Positions 1-8,139 of a stretch of 45,974 nucleotides of DNA are shown here, piece after piece. The position numbers were made by a program, and so were the translations under genes. The number at the start of each line of letters is the position of its first letter. The first letter of the stretch is position 1. A model generated the notes under the pieces. The model was not told the origin of the DNA, ran no database searches, and saw only the letters and a program-made list of their open reading frames with translations. Location: the NCBI GenBank assembly GCA_027340875.1, contig DAIENX010000022.1:1-45974 (forward strand). The letters run 5' to 3'. The stretch is from Elusimicrobiota bacterium (GTDB lineage Bacteria; Elusimicrobiota; Elusimicrobia; Elusimicrobiales; UBA9959).

Positions 1-627
1 CTTGTCGGAGACCTTGGCGCCGCCGATGATGGCCAGGAACGGCCTGGCCGGGCTGACCATCGCGTGGTCCAGGTACTCCAGCTCCTTCTGCACCAGGAAG
101 CCTATGGCCCCGGGCAGGAACTTCGCTATCGCGGCGGTGGAGGCGTGCGCGCGGTGCAGCGCGCCGAAGGCCTCCTGCACGAAGAACTCGCCGTGCCGGG
201 CCAGCTTCTTCGCGAAAGCGTCGTCGTTCTTCTCTTCCTCGGCGTGGTAGCGCAGGTTCTCGAGGAGGACTATCTCCCCCTTCTTCGCCGCGTCCACGAC
301 CTTGTCGGCCTCGGGGCCCACGCAGTCGGGCGCGAAATGGACCTTGGCGCCGGAAAGCTCGGCGAGGCGGTCTACCACGGGCTTCAGGCTGTACTTGGGC
401 TCGGGCTTGCCCTTGGGGCGGCCCAGGTGGGCCATCAGCACCACCCTGTTGTTGCCGTCGAGCAGCAGCTTCAGCGTCTTCATCGTCTCGCGGATGCGGG
501 TATCGTCCGTGATCGCGCCGTCCTTCAGCGGGACGTTGTAGTCCACGCGGACCAGCACGTTCTTGTCCTTGAGCTTCGCGTCCTGGACCTTGGCGAGCTT
601 GAGTACCGTCTTATTCTCCGTGGTCAT
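1..627 (-). CDS. pgk: Phosphoglycerate kinase, 5' part (runs off the window edge; missing from the ORF track)
   Basis: Manual translation from ATG at 627 gives MTTENKTVLKLAKVQDAKLKDKNVLVRVDYNVPLKDGAITDDTRIRET...MAHLGRPKG...LLENLRY...AFGALHRAHAS...IIGGAKVSDK, the canonical PGK motifs. RBS GGAGGTG lies upstream. Confidence 0.97.
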   Translation of the reverse strand, partial: MTTENKTVLKLAKVQDAKLKDKNVLVRVDYNVPLKDGAITDDTRIRETMKTLKLLLDGNNRVVLMAHLGRPKGKPEPKYSLKPVVDRLAELSGAKVHFAPDCVGPEADKVVDAAKKGEIVLLENLRYHAEEEKNDDAFAKKLARHGEFFVQEAFGALHRAHASTAAIAKFLPGAIGFLVQKELEYLDHAMVSPARPFLAIIGGAKVSDK

Positions 628-648
628 TGTTCACCTCCCAAAAACGGG

Positions 649-673
649 CCCGGGCCGGGGTCTCCGGCCCGGG
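649..673 (-). terminator. GC-rich intergenic hairpin (possible terminator or mRNA stability element)
   Basis: Perfect 10-bp stem CCCGGGCCGG / CCGGCCCGGG with a 5-nt loop. On the minus strand it is followed by CCCGTTTTT, just before the pgk RBS. Confidence 0.45.
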
Positions 674-683
674 ACAGGCCTCT

Positions 684-1997
684 TCACAGCACTTTCTTCA
701 GCGCGGCCTTCAGCCCGCCGACCTTGCGCTCCTTGAGCTCGTAGGTCACGCGGACGGACGGCTTGTTGAACGCCAGGTGGCGCGCCAGGTCTATCGGCGT
801 GCCGACTATCACCACCTCGGCCTTCGCGTCGTTGATGGTCTTCTTAAGCTCGGCCATCTGCTTGTCGCCGTAGCCCATCGCGGGCAGGATATCGGTGATC
901 TGCTTGAAGTTCTGGTACACCTTCTCTATCGTGCCGACGGCGTACGGCCGCGGGTCCACTATGGACTTGGCGTGATACTTGCGGGCGGCCACGTGGCCGG
1001 CGCCGAAGTTCATCTCGCCATGGGTCAGCGTCGGGCCGTCCTCCACCACCAGGGCCTTCCTGCCCTTCACGGCCGCGGGATTGTCCACGGTCACGGGGCT
1101 CTCGGCCTCAATGATCTGGGCCTTCGGGTTCATCTTGCGGATGTTCTCGCGCACCAGGGCGATCTGCTTGGCGCTCGCGGTGTCCACCTTGTTTATGACG
1201 ACCACGTCGGCCATGCGCAGGTTCTCGGCGCCGGGGTGGTAGGTGGCCTCGTTGCCGGCCCGCAGCGGGTCGGTCACGACGATGTGGAGATCGGGCTTGT
1301 AGAACGGCACGTCGTTATTGCCGCCGTCCCAGAGTATCACGTCCGCCTCTTTCTCGGCGCGCTTGAGGATCTCGCCGTAATCCACGCCGGAGTAGATGAT
1401 GTGGCCGGCGGCTATGTGGGGCTCGTACTCCTCCATCTCCTCGATGGTGCAGTCGTGCTTCTTCAAGTCCGCGAGGGTCTCGTAGCGCTGCCAGGTCTGC
1501 TTGACCAGGTCGCCGTAGGGCATCGGGTGGCGTATCGCCACGACCTTCTTGCCCATGCCCTTCAGCATCGAGGCTATGGCGCGGGTGGTCTGGCTCTTGC
1601 CGCAGCCGGTGCGCACGGCGCAGATGGCGACCACGGGCTTCCTGGACCTTATGTAGGTCTGTTCCGCGCAGAGGATCTTGAAGTTCGCGCCGGCGGCCAG
1701 CGCGATGGAGGCCTTCGACATCAGCGTGTTGAAGTTGACGTCGGAGTAGGCGAACTCCACCTCGTCCACCTTCAGCTTCTTTATCAGCTCGGGCAGGTGC
1801 TTCTCCTCGTATATCGGGATGCCCTTCGGATACAGCCTGCCGGCGAGCTCCTTCGGGTACTTGCGGCCCGCGATGTTGGGGATCTGGTAAGCGGTGAAGG
1901 CCACCACCTCGTAGTCCCTGTTGTTCCGGTAGAACACGTTGAAGTTATGGAAGTCGCGGCCCGCGGCCCCCATTATCAGAACTCTCTTCTTAGCCAT
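684..1997 (-). CDS. COG2403-family P-loop enzyme (usually annotated cyclic 2,3-diphosphoglycerate synthetase/GTPase; arginine-synthetase-like subfamily)
   Basis: N-terminal MGAAGRDFHNFN, P-loop-like AVRTGCGKSQT, RHPMPYG, TIEEMEEYEPH, WDGGNND, INKVD, VEDGPTLTHG and PAMGY motifs. Confidence 0.8.
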   Translation of the reverse strand: MAKKRVLIMGAAGRDFHNFNVFYRNNRDYEVVAFTAYQIPNIAGRKYPKELAGRLYPKGIPIYEEKHLPELIKKLKVDEVEFAYSDVNFNTLMSKASIALAAGANFKILCAEQTYIRSRKPVVAICAVRTGCGKSQTTRAIASMLKGMGKKVVAIRHPMPYGDLVKQTWQRYETLADLKKHDCTIEEMEEYEPHIAAGHIIYSGVDYGEILKRAEKEADVILWDGGNNDVPFYKPDLHIVVTDPLRAGNEATYHPGAENLRMADVVVINKVDTASAKQIALVRENIRKMNPKAQIIEAESPVTVDNPAAVKGRKALVVEDGPTLTHGEMNFGAGHVAARKYHAKSIVDPRPYAVGTIEKVYQNFKQITDILPAMGYGDKQMAELKKTINDAKAEVVIVGTPIDLARHLAFNKPSVRVTYELKERKVGGLKAALKKVL

Positions 1998-2026
1998 TGT
2001 TGTAGCTCCTGAGCGACTGCGACGAC

Positions 2027-2076
2027 GCCGGGGGTCTCAGGGTCCGCGCGCCTTGCGGCGCCACCCGACCCCCGGC
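2027..2076 (-). other. Long imperfect intergenic stem-loop capped by a GNRA (GCAA) tetraloop
   Basis: Minus strand reads GCCGGGGGTC-GGGT-GGCGCC-GCAA-GGCGC-GCGG-ACCC-TGA-GACCCCCGGC. The outer 10-bp stem is perfect. It lies between the gap stop and the next RBS. Confidence 0.6.
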
Positions 2077-2087
2077 AAAGCTGAATA

Positions 2088-3140
2088 TTACAGGCCCTTC
2101 TTTATCATCAGCAGGGCCAGGTCCACCACGCGGTTGGAATAGCCCCACTCGTTGTCGTACCAGGAGAGGATCTTCACCATGTTCCCCCCGATAACGCGGG
2201 TGTTCTGTGCGTCCACGCTGGAGCTGGCCGGGCAGTGGTTGAAGTCTATGCTCACCAGCGGCTCCTCGACGTACTCCATTATGCCCTTCAGCGGGCCCTC
2301 GGCGGCGGCCTTCAGGGCGGCGTTGATCTCCTCGGCGGTGGCCGGCTTGGCCAGCGTCGCGGTCAGGTCCACCACGGAGACGTTCGGGGTGGGCACGCGG
2401 ATGGCGAAGCCGTCCAGCTTCCCCTTCAGCTCGGGCATCACCAGGCTGATGGCCTTGGCGGCGCCGGTCGAGGTAGGGATCATGGACAGCGCGGCCGCGC
2501 GGGCGCGGCGCATGTCGCTGTGGGCCATATCGTGGATCTTCTGGTCGTTGGTATAGGCGTGGATGGTGGTCATCAGGCCCTTCTCGATACCCCACTTATC
2601 GCTGATCACCTTCGTGAACGGAGCCAGGCAGTTGGTGGTGCAGGAGGCGTTGGAGACGACGTTGTGGTTCTTAGGGTCGTACTTATCGTCGTTGACGCCC
2701 ATCACTATCGTGATGTCCTCGCCCTGCGCGGGGGCGGAGATAATGACCTTCTTCGCGCCGCCCTTGGTGATGTGGTTCTCGGCGCCCTTCACTTCCTTGC
2801 CCTTCTTGTTGACGCCGTCCTTCTTTATCGTGAACAGGCCGGTGGACTCCACCACTATCTCCACTCCGAGGCTCTTCCACGGGATGGCGGCCGGGTCCTT
2901 CTCCTTGAAGACCTTTATCTCCTTGCCGTTGACGGAGATCTTATCGTCGGCGGTGGCCTTCACGTCCATGTCCAGGCGGCCATGGACCGAGTCGTACTTA
3001 AGGAGGTGGGCGTTGGTCTTGGAATCGGTGAGATCGTTGATGGCGACCAACTCCAGCTGGCCGTCAGTGCGGGCCAGTATCGCGCGGGCGACGAGCCGGC
3101 CAATGCGTCCGAAACCGTTAATACCGATTTTAGTAGCCAT
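2088..3140 (-). CDS. gap: Type I glyceraldehyde-3-phosphate dehydrogenase
   Basis: [10 protein letters not shown], catalytic [29 protein letters not shown] and WYDNEWGYS motifs; RBS AGGAG upstream. Confidence 0.98.
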   Translation of the reverse strand: MATKIGINGFGRIGRLVARAILARTDGQLELVAINDLTDSKTNAHLLKYDSVHGRLDMDVKATADDKISVNGKEIKVFKEKDPAAIPWKSLGVEIVVESTGLFTIKKDGVNKKGKEVKGAENHITKGGAKKVIISAPAQGEDITIVMGVNDDKYDPKNHNVVSNASCTTNCLAPFTKVISDKWGIEKGLMTTIHAYTNDQKIHDMAHSDMRRARAAALSMIPTSTGAAKAISLVMPELKGKLDGFAIRVPTPNVSVVDLTATLAKPATAEEINAALKAAAEGPLKGIMEYVEEPLVSIDFNHCPASSSVDAQNTRVIGGNMVKILSWYDNEWGYSNRVVDLALLMIKKGL

Positions 3141-3207
3141 TTTAGGGGTCTCCTTAATAATAATTTAAATTGCGGACCGAGCGCGGCGGCCCTGCCGCCA
3201 CGCAATA

Positions 3208-3216
3208 ATTGTAGCA
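3208..3216 (-). promoter_or_regulatory. Putative extended -10 promoter of the gap operon (TGcTACAAT)
   Basis: TGCTACAAT on the minus strand in AT-rich DNA about 70 nt upstream of the gap ATG, followed by a short leader hairpin (3185-3199). Confidence 0.55.
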
Positions 3217-3323
3217 AATTTGGATTTTCCAAGCGTGCGCGCATGTGTGCGGACAAGATAAAGGACTGGTTCCATTATATGGAACCAGTCCATCAAAATC
3301 ACCTTAATGCTATTGCAAAACTA

Positions 3324-5864
3324 TTAAGGCATTGCCGTTACGCTGAATTGTTGTGGCGAATTGGTAAATCGGCTAATTCCTCCGCCATTATCCGAAATCT
3401 GCACACACCACTCATGTTTGCCAGCGGGAACATTCAGATCAATACCAATTAGGGGACAAGCCGAGATTAAGCTGGCAACCAACCCATTACAAGTTGCGAA
3501 CATAACCGTAGCTCCATCTCGTAGAATCGCGATATTGTAGTTAAACCCAACTTGGTTGGAAGAGAAAATGCCATTGTACATGAACATTACATTTGACGCA
3601 CGAGACAATGTTATAGTTGTTGTGGAGCCTGCCACGCATACGGGCGTTACAGATGTCGCCTGCGAACTATCTGTCACTCTGGATGTCGACGACAACATGA
3701 CTTGAAACGTGGGGGCAGCAGTGACCGTCAAGCTGCTTACCGTCACTGAATTATTGAAAGTCTTTGCCCCTGAAAGTGTCTGATTTGTATTTAGTAAGTC
3801 TACGTTCGAAGACAGCCTTGCATCCGCCACCGTCCCGGATGCCAGATTGGACGCATTCAATGACGTCACCCCGGACCCAGCACCATAGAAACCGTTTTGC
3901 GCGTATATCGTACCGCTGGAAACCACATTGCCGTTAACTACGAGTTTGGCGGTAGGGGCACTGTCGCCTATGCCGACGTTTCCCGAAGTGTCTAATATAG
4001 TAAGGCGGGGCAACTCGTTAGTGCCAAGCTGTAAAGGATATGACCCGACAGTTGTTATGCCGCCGGAATTGGGTAATTCGCCAATCATTATTGAGTTGCC
4101 CGCCGTGCGCGCCACGCCTATGGTCATTTGACCTTTATTTGTGATTATGCGCTGGATGTTGTATCCTTCTGCAACTGTCGAAGATGATATTGTTACCACT
4201 TGACCATCTTGGATATGTAAAGTACCGGCAGGTGAGGAGGTCCCAATGCCTATTTTTCCGCTCGTCGCCACCAGCGTTGCCCCGCCCACCGAGAAGGCGT
4301 TGCCGGTGACGGTAACGGAGGCCGCGGTAATGGAATCCGCGCCCACGATATCGTTAGAAGCCATATTCAGAGTCGTAGTAGCAATGTGATTTCCCAAGTT
4401 GTCGCCACCTGAGCTTGAGAGACCAGTCAGCCCCGATCCGTCACCGACGAATTTAGAGGCCATCATGACACCCGTGGCGGACATCGACGATATCACCCCG
4501 GAATTAGTACGCCATATTTGTGCGAATTGATTGATCGCTGTACCGGTAGATACAACATCTAGTGCCGCTCCAGGTATTTGAGTTGAGATTCCTATTGTTT
4601 TTGAAGCAAGATCACCAAACACTACTCCACCTATATTGAGCGAATAATTTCCCTGAGGTGCCTGCTGGTATGCACCAATAACTATATTGTTAGATCCATC
4701 GCTCTTCAGCCCGGCTTGAATACCAATTAAAATATTTGCGGTTCCAGCTTGCAGCACTGTGCTCCCAACGCCATACCCAACTAAAGTGTTCGAAGTGCCA
4801 GACGTCAGTCCATATCCTGCACCATTTCCCACTGCCGTATTTGCGCTGCCAGAATTATTATTGTATCCAGCATCCTTTCCAATCAATGTATTCCAGGCCC
4901 CACTTTGGTTTGATTTTCCAGCCTGATATCCTATAAATGTATTCTCTGCGCCAGTATTACTGGCTCCGGCAGATTTGCCCAGAAATGTACCTGATGTTGC
5001 GTCCTCGAAATTTATTAGACCAGCAACTTGCAGTTTATTATTAGGAGTTGCAGTCCCTATTCCAAAATTTCCAGAATTAAGGTAACTATAGTGACCCGCA
5101 TTTGCGTCGAGATTAATAACGATGTTGTTGGCCGCATTCGCCCCTGAAATTGCAGCATCCCCATAAGTATCCGACAATACAATCCGTGAACTCACATACA
5201 CGTAATTTGAATCAACATACAAAGGCTTATGAGCGTATATATATGCCGCATCTTCCGAGAGATTACTGTTTCCTAAAGCAACTGTGCTGCTCCATATCGG
5301 GACATAATTTACTGTCCCTCCACCTCCTATTCCGGAGCCAGGCAAATTCATCAACCCGGAGCCGTCGCCGTAAAACTTAGTGGCATGAACCCCCGTGCTG
5401 GATACCCACAAGATGGGACCCGTGCCGCTCGACACGACAAGGCGGAAACTGGGAGTAGTGGTCCCGATGCCGACATTCCCATAAGCCCCGAATACGTTCT
5501 CGTCTCCGGTCTGTTTATCGCCCCGCACTGTCTGAGCAAAGGGCACCGCCGTCAAAGTAAAAGAAGATATCACGTGAAGGTTGGGATCGGTCCCCGTGCT
5601 TAAACGCAATATATACTCGCCGCCGGAGAGAAAGACTTTAGAGTCGGAAATATACGTCTGAGTGGAAAAGAACCCTGTGGTGTCCGGGATCAGGGAAACG
5701 TCAGAACAAGGTATTACGTCCGCTCCGGACAGGACATTCACATTTACCCCAGTGATTGTGTCAGTAGATGCGAGTTCTCCTTGCAGGGTTATGTTATTGT
5801 AGGTTGCCGCAGAAACACCACCGACCCAGAAGACCAGCATAAACGTTGCAAGTGACTTTTTCAT
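3324..5864 (-). CDS. Secreted fibre/adhesin-like repeat protein (~846 aa), probably trimeric
   Basis: Signal peptide MKKSLATFMLVFWVGGVSA after RBS GAGGAG (start 5864, not 5900). Repeated GNVGIGTxxP modules, GDGSGL linkers, DNLGNHIATTTLNM, a run of NTxIGxxAG beta-roll repeats and a beta-rich C-terminal domain. Confidence 0.7.
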   Translation of the reverse strand: MKKSLATFMLVFWVGGVSAATYNNITLQGELASTDTITGVNVNVLSGADVIPCSDVSLIPDTTGFFSTQTYISDSKVFLSGGEYILRLSTGTDPNLHVISSFTLTAVPFAQTVRGDKQTGDENVFGAYGNVGIGTTTPSFRLVVSSGTGPILWVSSTGVHATKFYGDGSGLMNLPGSGIGGGGTVNYVPIWSSTVALGNSNLSEDAAYIYAHKPLYVDSNYVYVSSRIVLSDTYGDAAISGANAANNIVINLDANAGHYSYLNSGNFGIGTATPNNKLQVAGLINFEDATSGTFLGKSAGASNTGAENTFIGYQAGKSNQSGAWNTLIGKDAGYNNNSGSANTAVGNGAGYGLTSGTSNTLVGYGVGSTVLQAGTANILIGIQAGLKSDGSNNIVIGAYQQAPQGNYSLNIGGVVFGDLASKTIGISTQIPGAALDVVSTGTAINQFAQIWRTNSGVISSMSATGVMMASKFVGDGSGLTGLSSSGGDNLGNHIATTTLNMASNDIVGADSITAASVTVTGNAFSVGGATLVATSGKIGIGTSSPAGTLHIQDGQVVTISSSTVAEGYNIQRIITNKGQMTIGVARTAGNSIMIGELPNSGGITTVGSYPLQLGTNELPRLTILDTSGNVGIGDSAPTAKLVVNGNVVSSGTIYAQNGFYGAGSGVTSLNASNLASGTVADARLSSNVDLLNTNQTLSGAKTFNNSVTVSSLTVTAAPTFQVMLSSTSRVTDSSQATSVTPVCVAGSTTTITLSRASNVMFMYNGIFSSNQVGFNYNIAILRDGATVMFATCNGLVASLISACPLIGIDLNVPAGKHEWCVQISDNGGGISRFTNSPQQFSVTAMP

Positions 5865-5907
5865 GTTTTCTCCTCGACAGAATGCTCCGGTGCAAATCAA
5901 ATACCAC

Positions 5908-6489
5908 CTAGCGATATTTCTCGATGACCTTCAGCATTTGTGCCCTAACGGCATTGCGTCCTTCCAAAGTGCTCGATTCGCGCATCCTGTCCTCCAACGG
6001 TTTCAGCTCGGCCTGCATCCTGGCATATTTCTGGCTGCGCGTCTCTTGCTCCGCACGTTGTTCCGGAGTCATCATCGCTCTGGCTTCCGCATCATGTTTT
6101 TCGCGGAGAGTGCGCATCTTGTAGAGAATGCGTTCGCTCTCTGCCGCAGTTTTGGCGCTTGCCAGGGACTGACGCAGTTTATACATTTGCCATCGGAACG
6201 GATCTGTTTTAAGCATCTCCTCCATCTTCAAGCGCCTGACCTCGATTTCCGCCGGAGGCAATTCAGTCCGAGGATTAGCCGCACGATACTGTTCTTGAAG
6301 TTGCCTGATACGCTCGTATATCGAGGAACGCGCTTCACCGCTTTTGGCAGCGCGCACTTCCTGCATCAGGTCAGCCATCCTTTGACGATAGCCTTCCTGC
6401 AATGCGGTGGATTGCGGAAAAACTGGTAAGGCGAGGAAAACACCCGCAACAGCAAGAATAGTTCTACAAAACCAAACTGGTGGTCTCAT
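5908..6489 (-). CDS. Exported all-alpha protein with three helical repeats, Spy/CpxP-like
   Basis: Signal peptide (MRPPVWFCRTILAVAGVFLALPVFP), charged helical body, three ~28-aa repeats and an LTxxQ-like motif MTPEQR. Confidence 0.6.
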   Translation of the reverse strand: MRPPVWFCRTILAVAGVFLALPVFPQSTALQEGYRQRMADLMQEVRAAKSGEARSSIYERIRQLQEQYRAANPRTELPPAEIEVRRLKMEEMLKTDPFRWQMYKLRQSLASAKTAAESERILYKMRTLREKHDAEARAMMTPEQRAEQETRSQKYARMQAELKPLEDRMRESSTLEGRNAVRAQMLKVIEKYR

Positions 6490-6506
6490 AACTTTACACC
6501 TTCGCA

Positions 6507-7403
6507 CTAGAATTCTGTCTTCAGCGTTATCCTCTGGGCGTTACCGAGTTCGCCGAAGGGCGTGAACGCGTAATCCACGCCCATGCCGCCTATATTCAGG
6601 CCGGCGCCGGCGCTTAACCCTTTGTTCCTGGTGCCCGCCAGACCGTTATTCATCAGATAGCCGGTCCGCAGCGCAAATCCCTTTAAGACCCCGTACTCGG
6701 TGCCTATGCTCACGCTGTTCTGCCGGTCATAGACACGCCGCCGCAGGTCCATTGCAAGGTTGATCCCTGGCACCACGCTGAACATGACCCCGGCTGACAG
6801 ACTTAACGGCAACGGGTCCTTCTGGTCTATATATTTCATGGAAGTGCCCAGATTCTGCACGGAAAAACCGACCGTCAACGGAAGGCCCCTCAACGCCCGG
6901 CTCAACCCGAGATCCACGGCCACGGCATTGGCCCTTTCCCCCGCGATCTCGCTCTCTATGTATTTGACCGCAAGGCCCAGGCGGCTCCCTCCAACCCGCC
7001 TGGCCGAAATGAGCGACACCGCCTGGTCATAGCTGGAAAAATTTGCGCCGGCGCTCCTGTCCTCCCCCCTTGATTCCATGCTCCCGTTGCTGAACCGGGT
7101 AATGCCCATACCCAGAACCAGGCCGGGAGTCTTCATCGGAACGGCAACGCCGGCGAAATCGTGCATTGAATCCATTATCCAGTTGGCATGACTGAACCCA
7201 AGTTCCACGCCGCTGGCCGCGGAAAGGCCCGCTGGGTTATAGCCGATGGAACCGACTCCAGAAGCCAAAGCCGTATACGCCGAGCCCATTGAAACCGCCC
7301 TCGCGTCGGTGTCTATCTTCAGGAAGGTCGCGCCGCTGTCGAGCGCCTGCGCCGGGAGCGAAAAACCCGCCATAACCGTGAAAATGAGAAGAGTAGATTT
7401 CAT
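6507..7403 (-). CDS. PorV/PorQ (UPF0164)-family outer-membrane beta-barrel
   Basis: Signal peptide followed by GATFLKIDTDARAVSMGSAYTA...YNPAGL, amphipathic beta-strands, QNLG, GxEY, LRTGY, DYAFTPFGELG and a C-terminal Phe. Confidence 0.85.
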   Translation of the reverse strand: MKSTLLIFTVMAGFSLPAQALDSGATFLKIDTDARAVSMGSAYTALASGVGSIGYNPAGLSAASGVELGFSHANWIMDSMHDFAGVAVPMKTPGLVLGMGITRFSNGSMESRGEDRSAGANFSSYDQAVSLISARRVGGSRLGLAVKYIESEIAGERANAVAVDLGLSRALRGLPLTVGFSVQNLGTSMKYIDQKDPLPLSLSAGVMFSVVPGINLAMDLRRRVYDRQNSVSIGTEYGVLKGFALRTGYLMNNGLAGTRNKGLSAGAGLNIGGMGVDYAFTPFGELGNAQRITLKTEF

Positions 7404-7411
7404 AGCCTCAC

Positions 7412-7990
7412 TCACCTCACCACCGCAAATTTGCCCTTAGTCCGGAGTTTCTTGCCGGCTTTCTCAGCCTCGATTAGGTAATAATAGACCCCGCTGGCAA
7501 TATGTCCCTGCCAGGCGTATTCGTAGGCATAATCAAGTCCGTTACCGTCGTCTATTACGCCCGGCACTCCAGTGAGGACCCGCTGATGCACTTCCTCGCC
7601 TGCCACGTTGTAAACGGTTATTTTTACGCTATCGGCTATGCCCGTCTCCACATGAAAGCTCGGGACCTTCCCACCCTTGGCTGGATTCGGGAACACATAG
7701 ACCTCGCGCAGACGGAACTCTGCGCTGATTTCCAAGGCGCTAGGCGCGGCCTCTTGCGCTGCCGGCTTCGCCGCTACGGCTACGCGTCTGCCTTTGTTCT
7801 CCGGCGCCGGGCGCCGTTTCGCGGCGCTCCTGCCCATCAGCGCGCCGCCGAGATTGATTATCCTTATCTGTCCCTGGCCAGAAGCCGCGCCGCCGGGAAT
7901 CAGGCGCAAATTCTTGGCCTGTTCCGCCTCTAAAATGGCAGGTGCAAATACGAGGGCCGCCGCGAGCAGGAAGAAACTCTTTTTGAGCAT
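7412..7990 (-). CDS. Secreted protein made of a low-complexity linker plus a T9SS type-A / FlgD-Ig-like C-terminal sorting domain
   Basis: Signal peptide MLKKSFFLLAAALVFAPAILEA after RBS AGGGG. C-terminal VYVFPNP...VKITVYNVAGE...W...ASGVYYY...GKFAVVR. Confidence 0.75.
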   Translation of the reverse strand: MLKKSFFLLAAALVFAPAILEAEQAKNLRLIPGGAASGQGQIRIINLGGALMGRSAAKRRPAPENKGRRVAVAAKPAAQEAAPSALEISAEFRLREVYVFPNPAKGGKVPSFHVETGIADSVKITVYNVAGEEVHQRVLTGVPGVIDDGNGLDYAYEYAWQGHIASGVYYYLIEAEKAGKKLRTKGKFAVVR

Positions 7991-8057
7991 ATTAACCCCT
8001 GATAGGCGCCACGCCGCAAATGTTATGGCCGATATCACGGAGGGCCGCCTATCCGCT

Positions 8058-8086
8058 AGTATAGAGGACGGCGGCAAGCATGACAA
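8058..8086 (-). promoter_or_regulatory. Sigma70-type promoter of the CTD-PorV-Spy-fibre operon
   Basis: TTGTCA (8086-8081), 17-nt spacer, TATACT (8063-8058). A perfect palindrome CACGCATGCGTG (8088-8099) sits directly upstream. Confidence 0.65.
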
Positions 8087-8139
8087 TCACGCATGCGTGC
8101 GCGTTTTGCAATATTCACTTCGGGGAAGAGAATGGCGAA

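Noticed and set aside
3324..5864. Prophage tail-fibre gene or prophage remnant
   Set aside because: The protein has a Sec signal peptide, lies in an operon with envelope proteins, and no phage structural, integrase or lysis genes are present.
6507..7990. Calling a complete type IX secretion system
   Set aside because: Only PorV-like and CTD-like genes are visible. No translocon or motor genes are in the window, so a canonical T9SS cannot be claimed.
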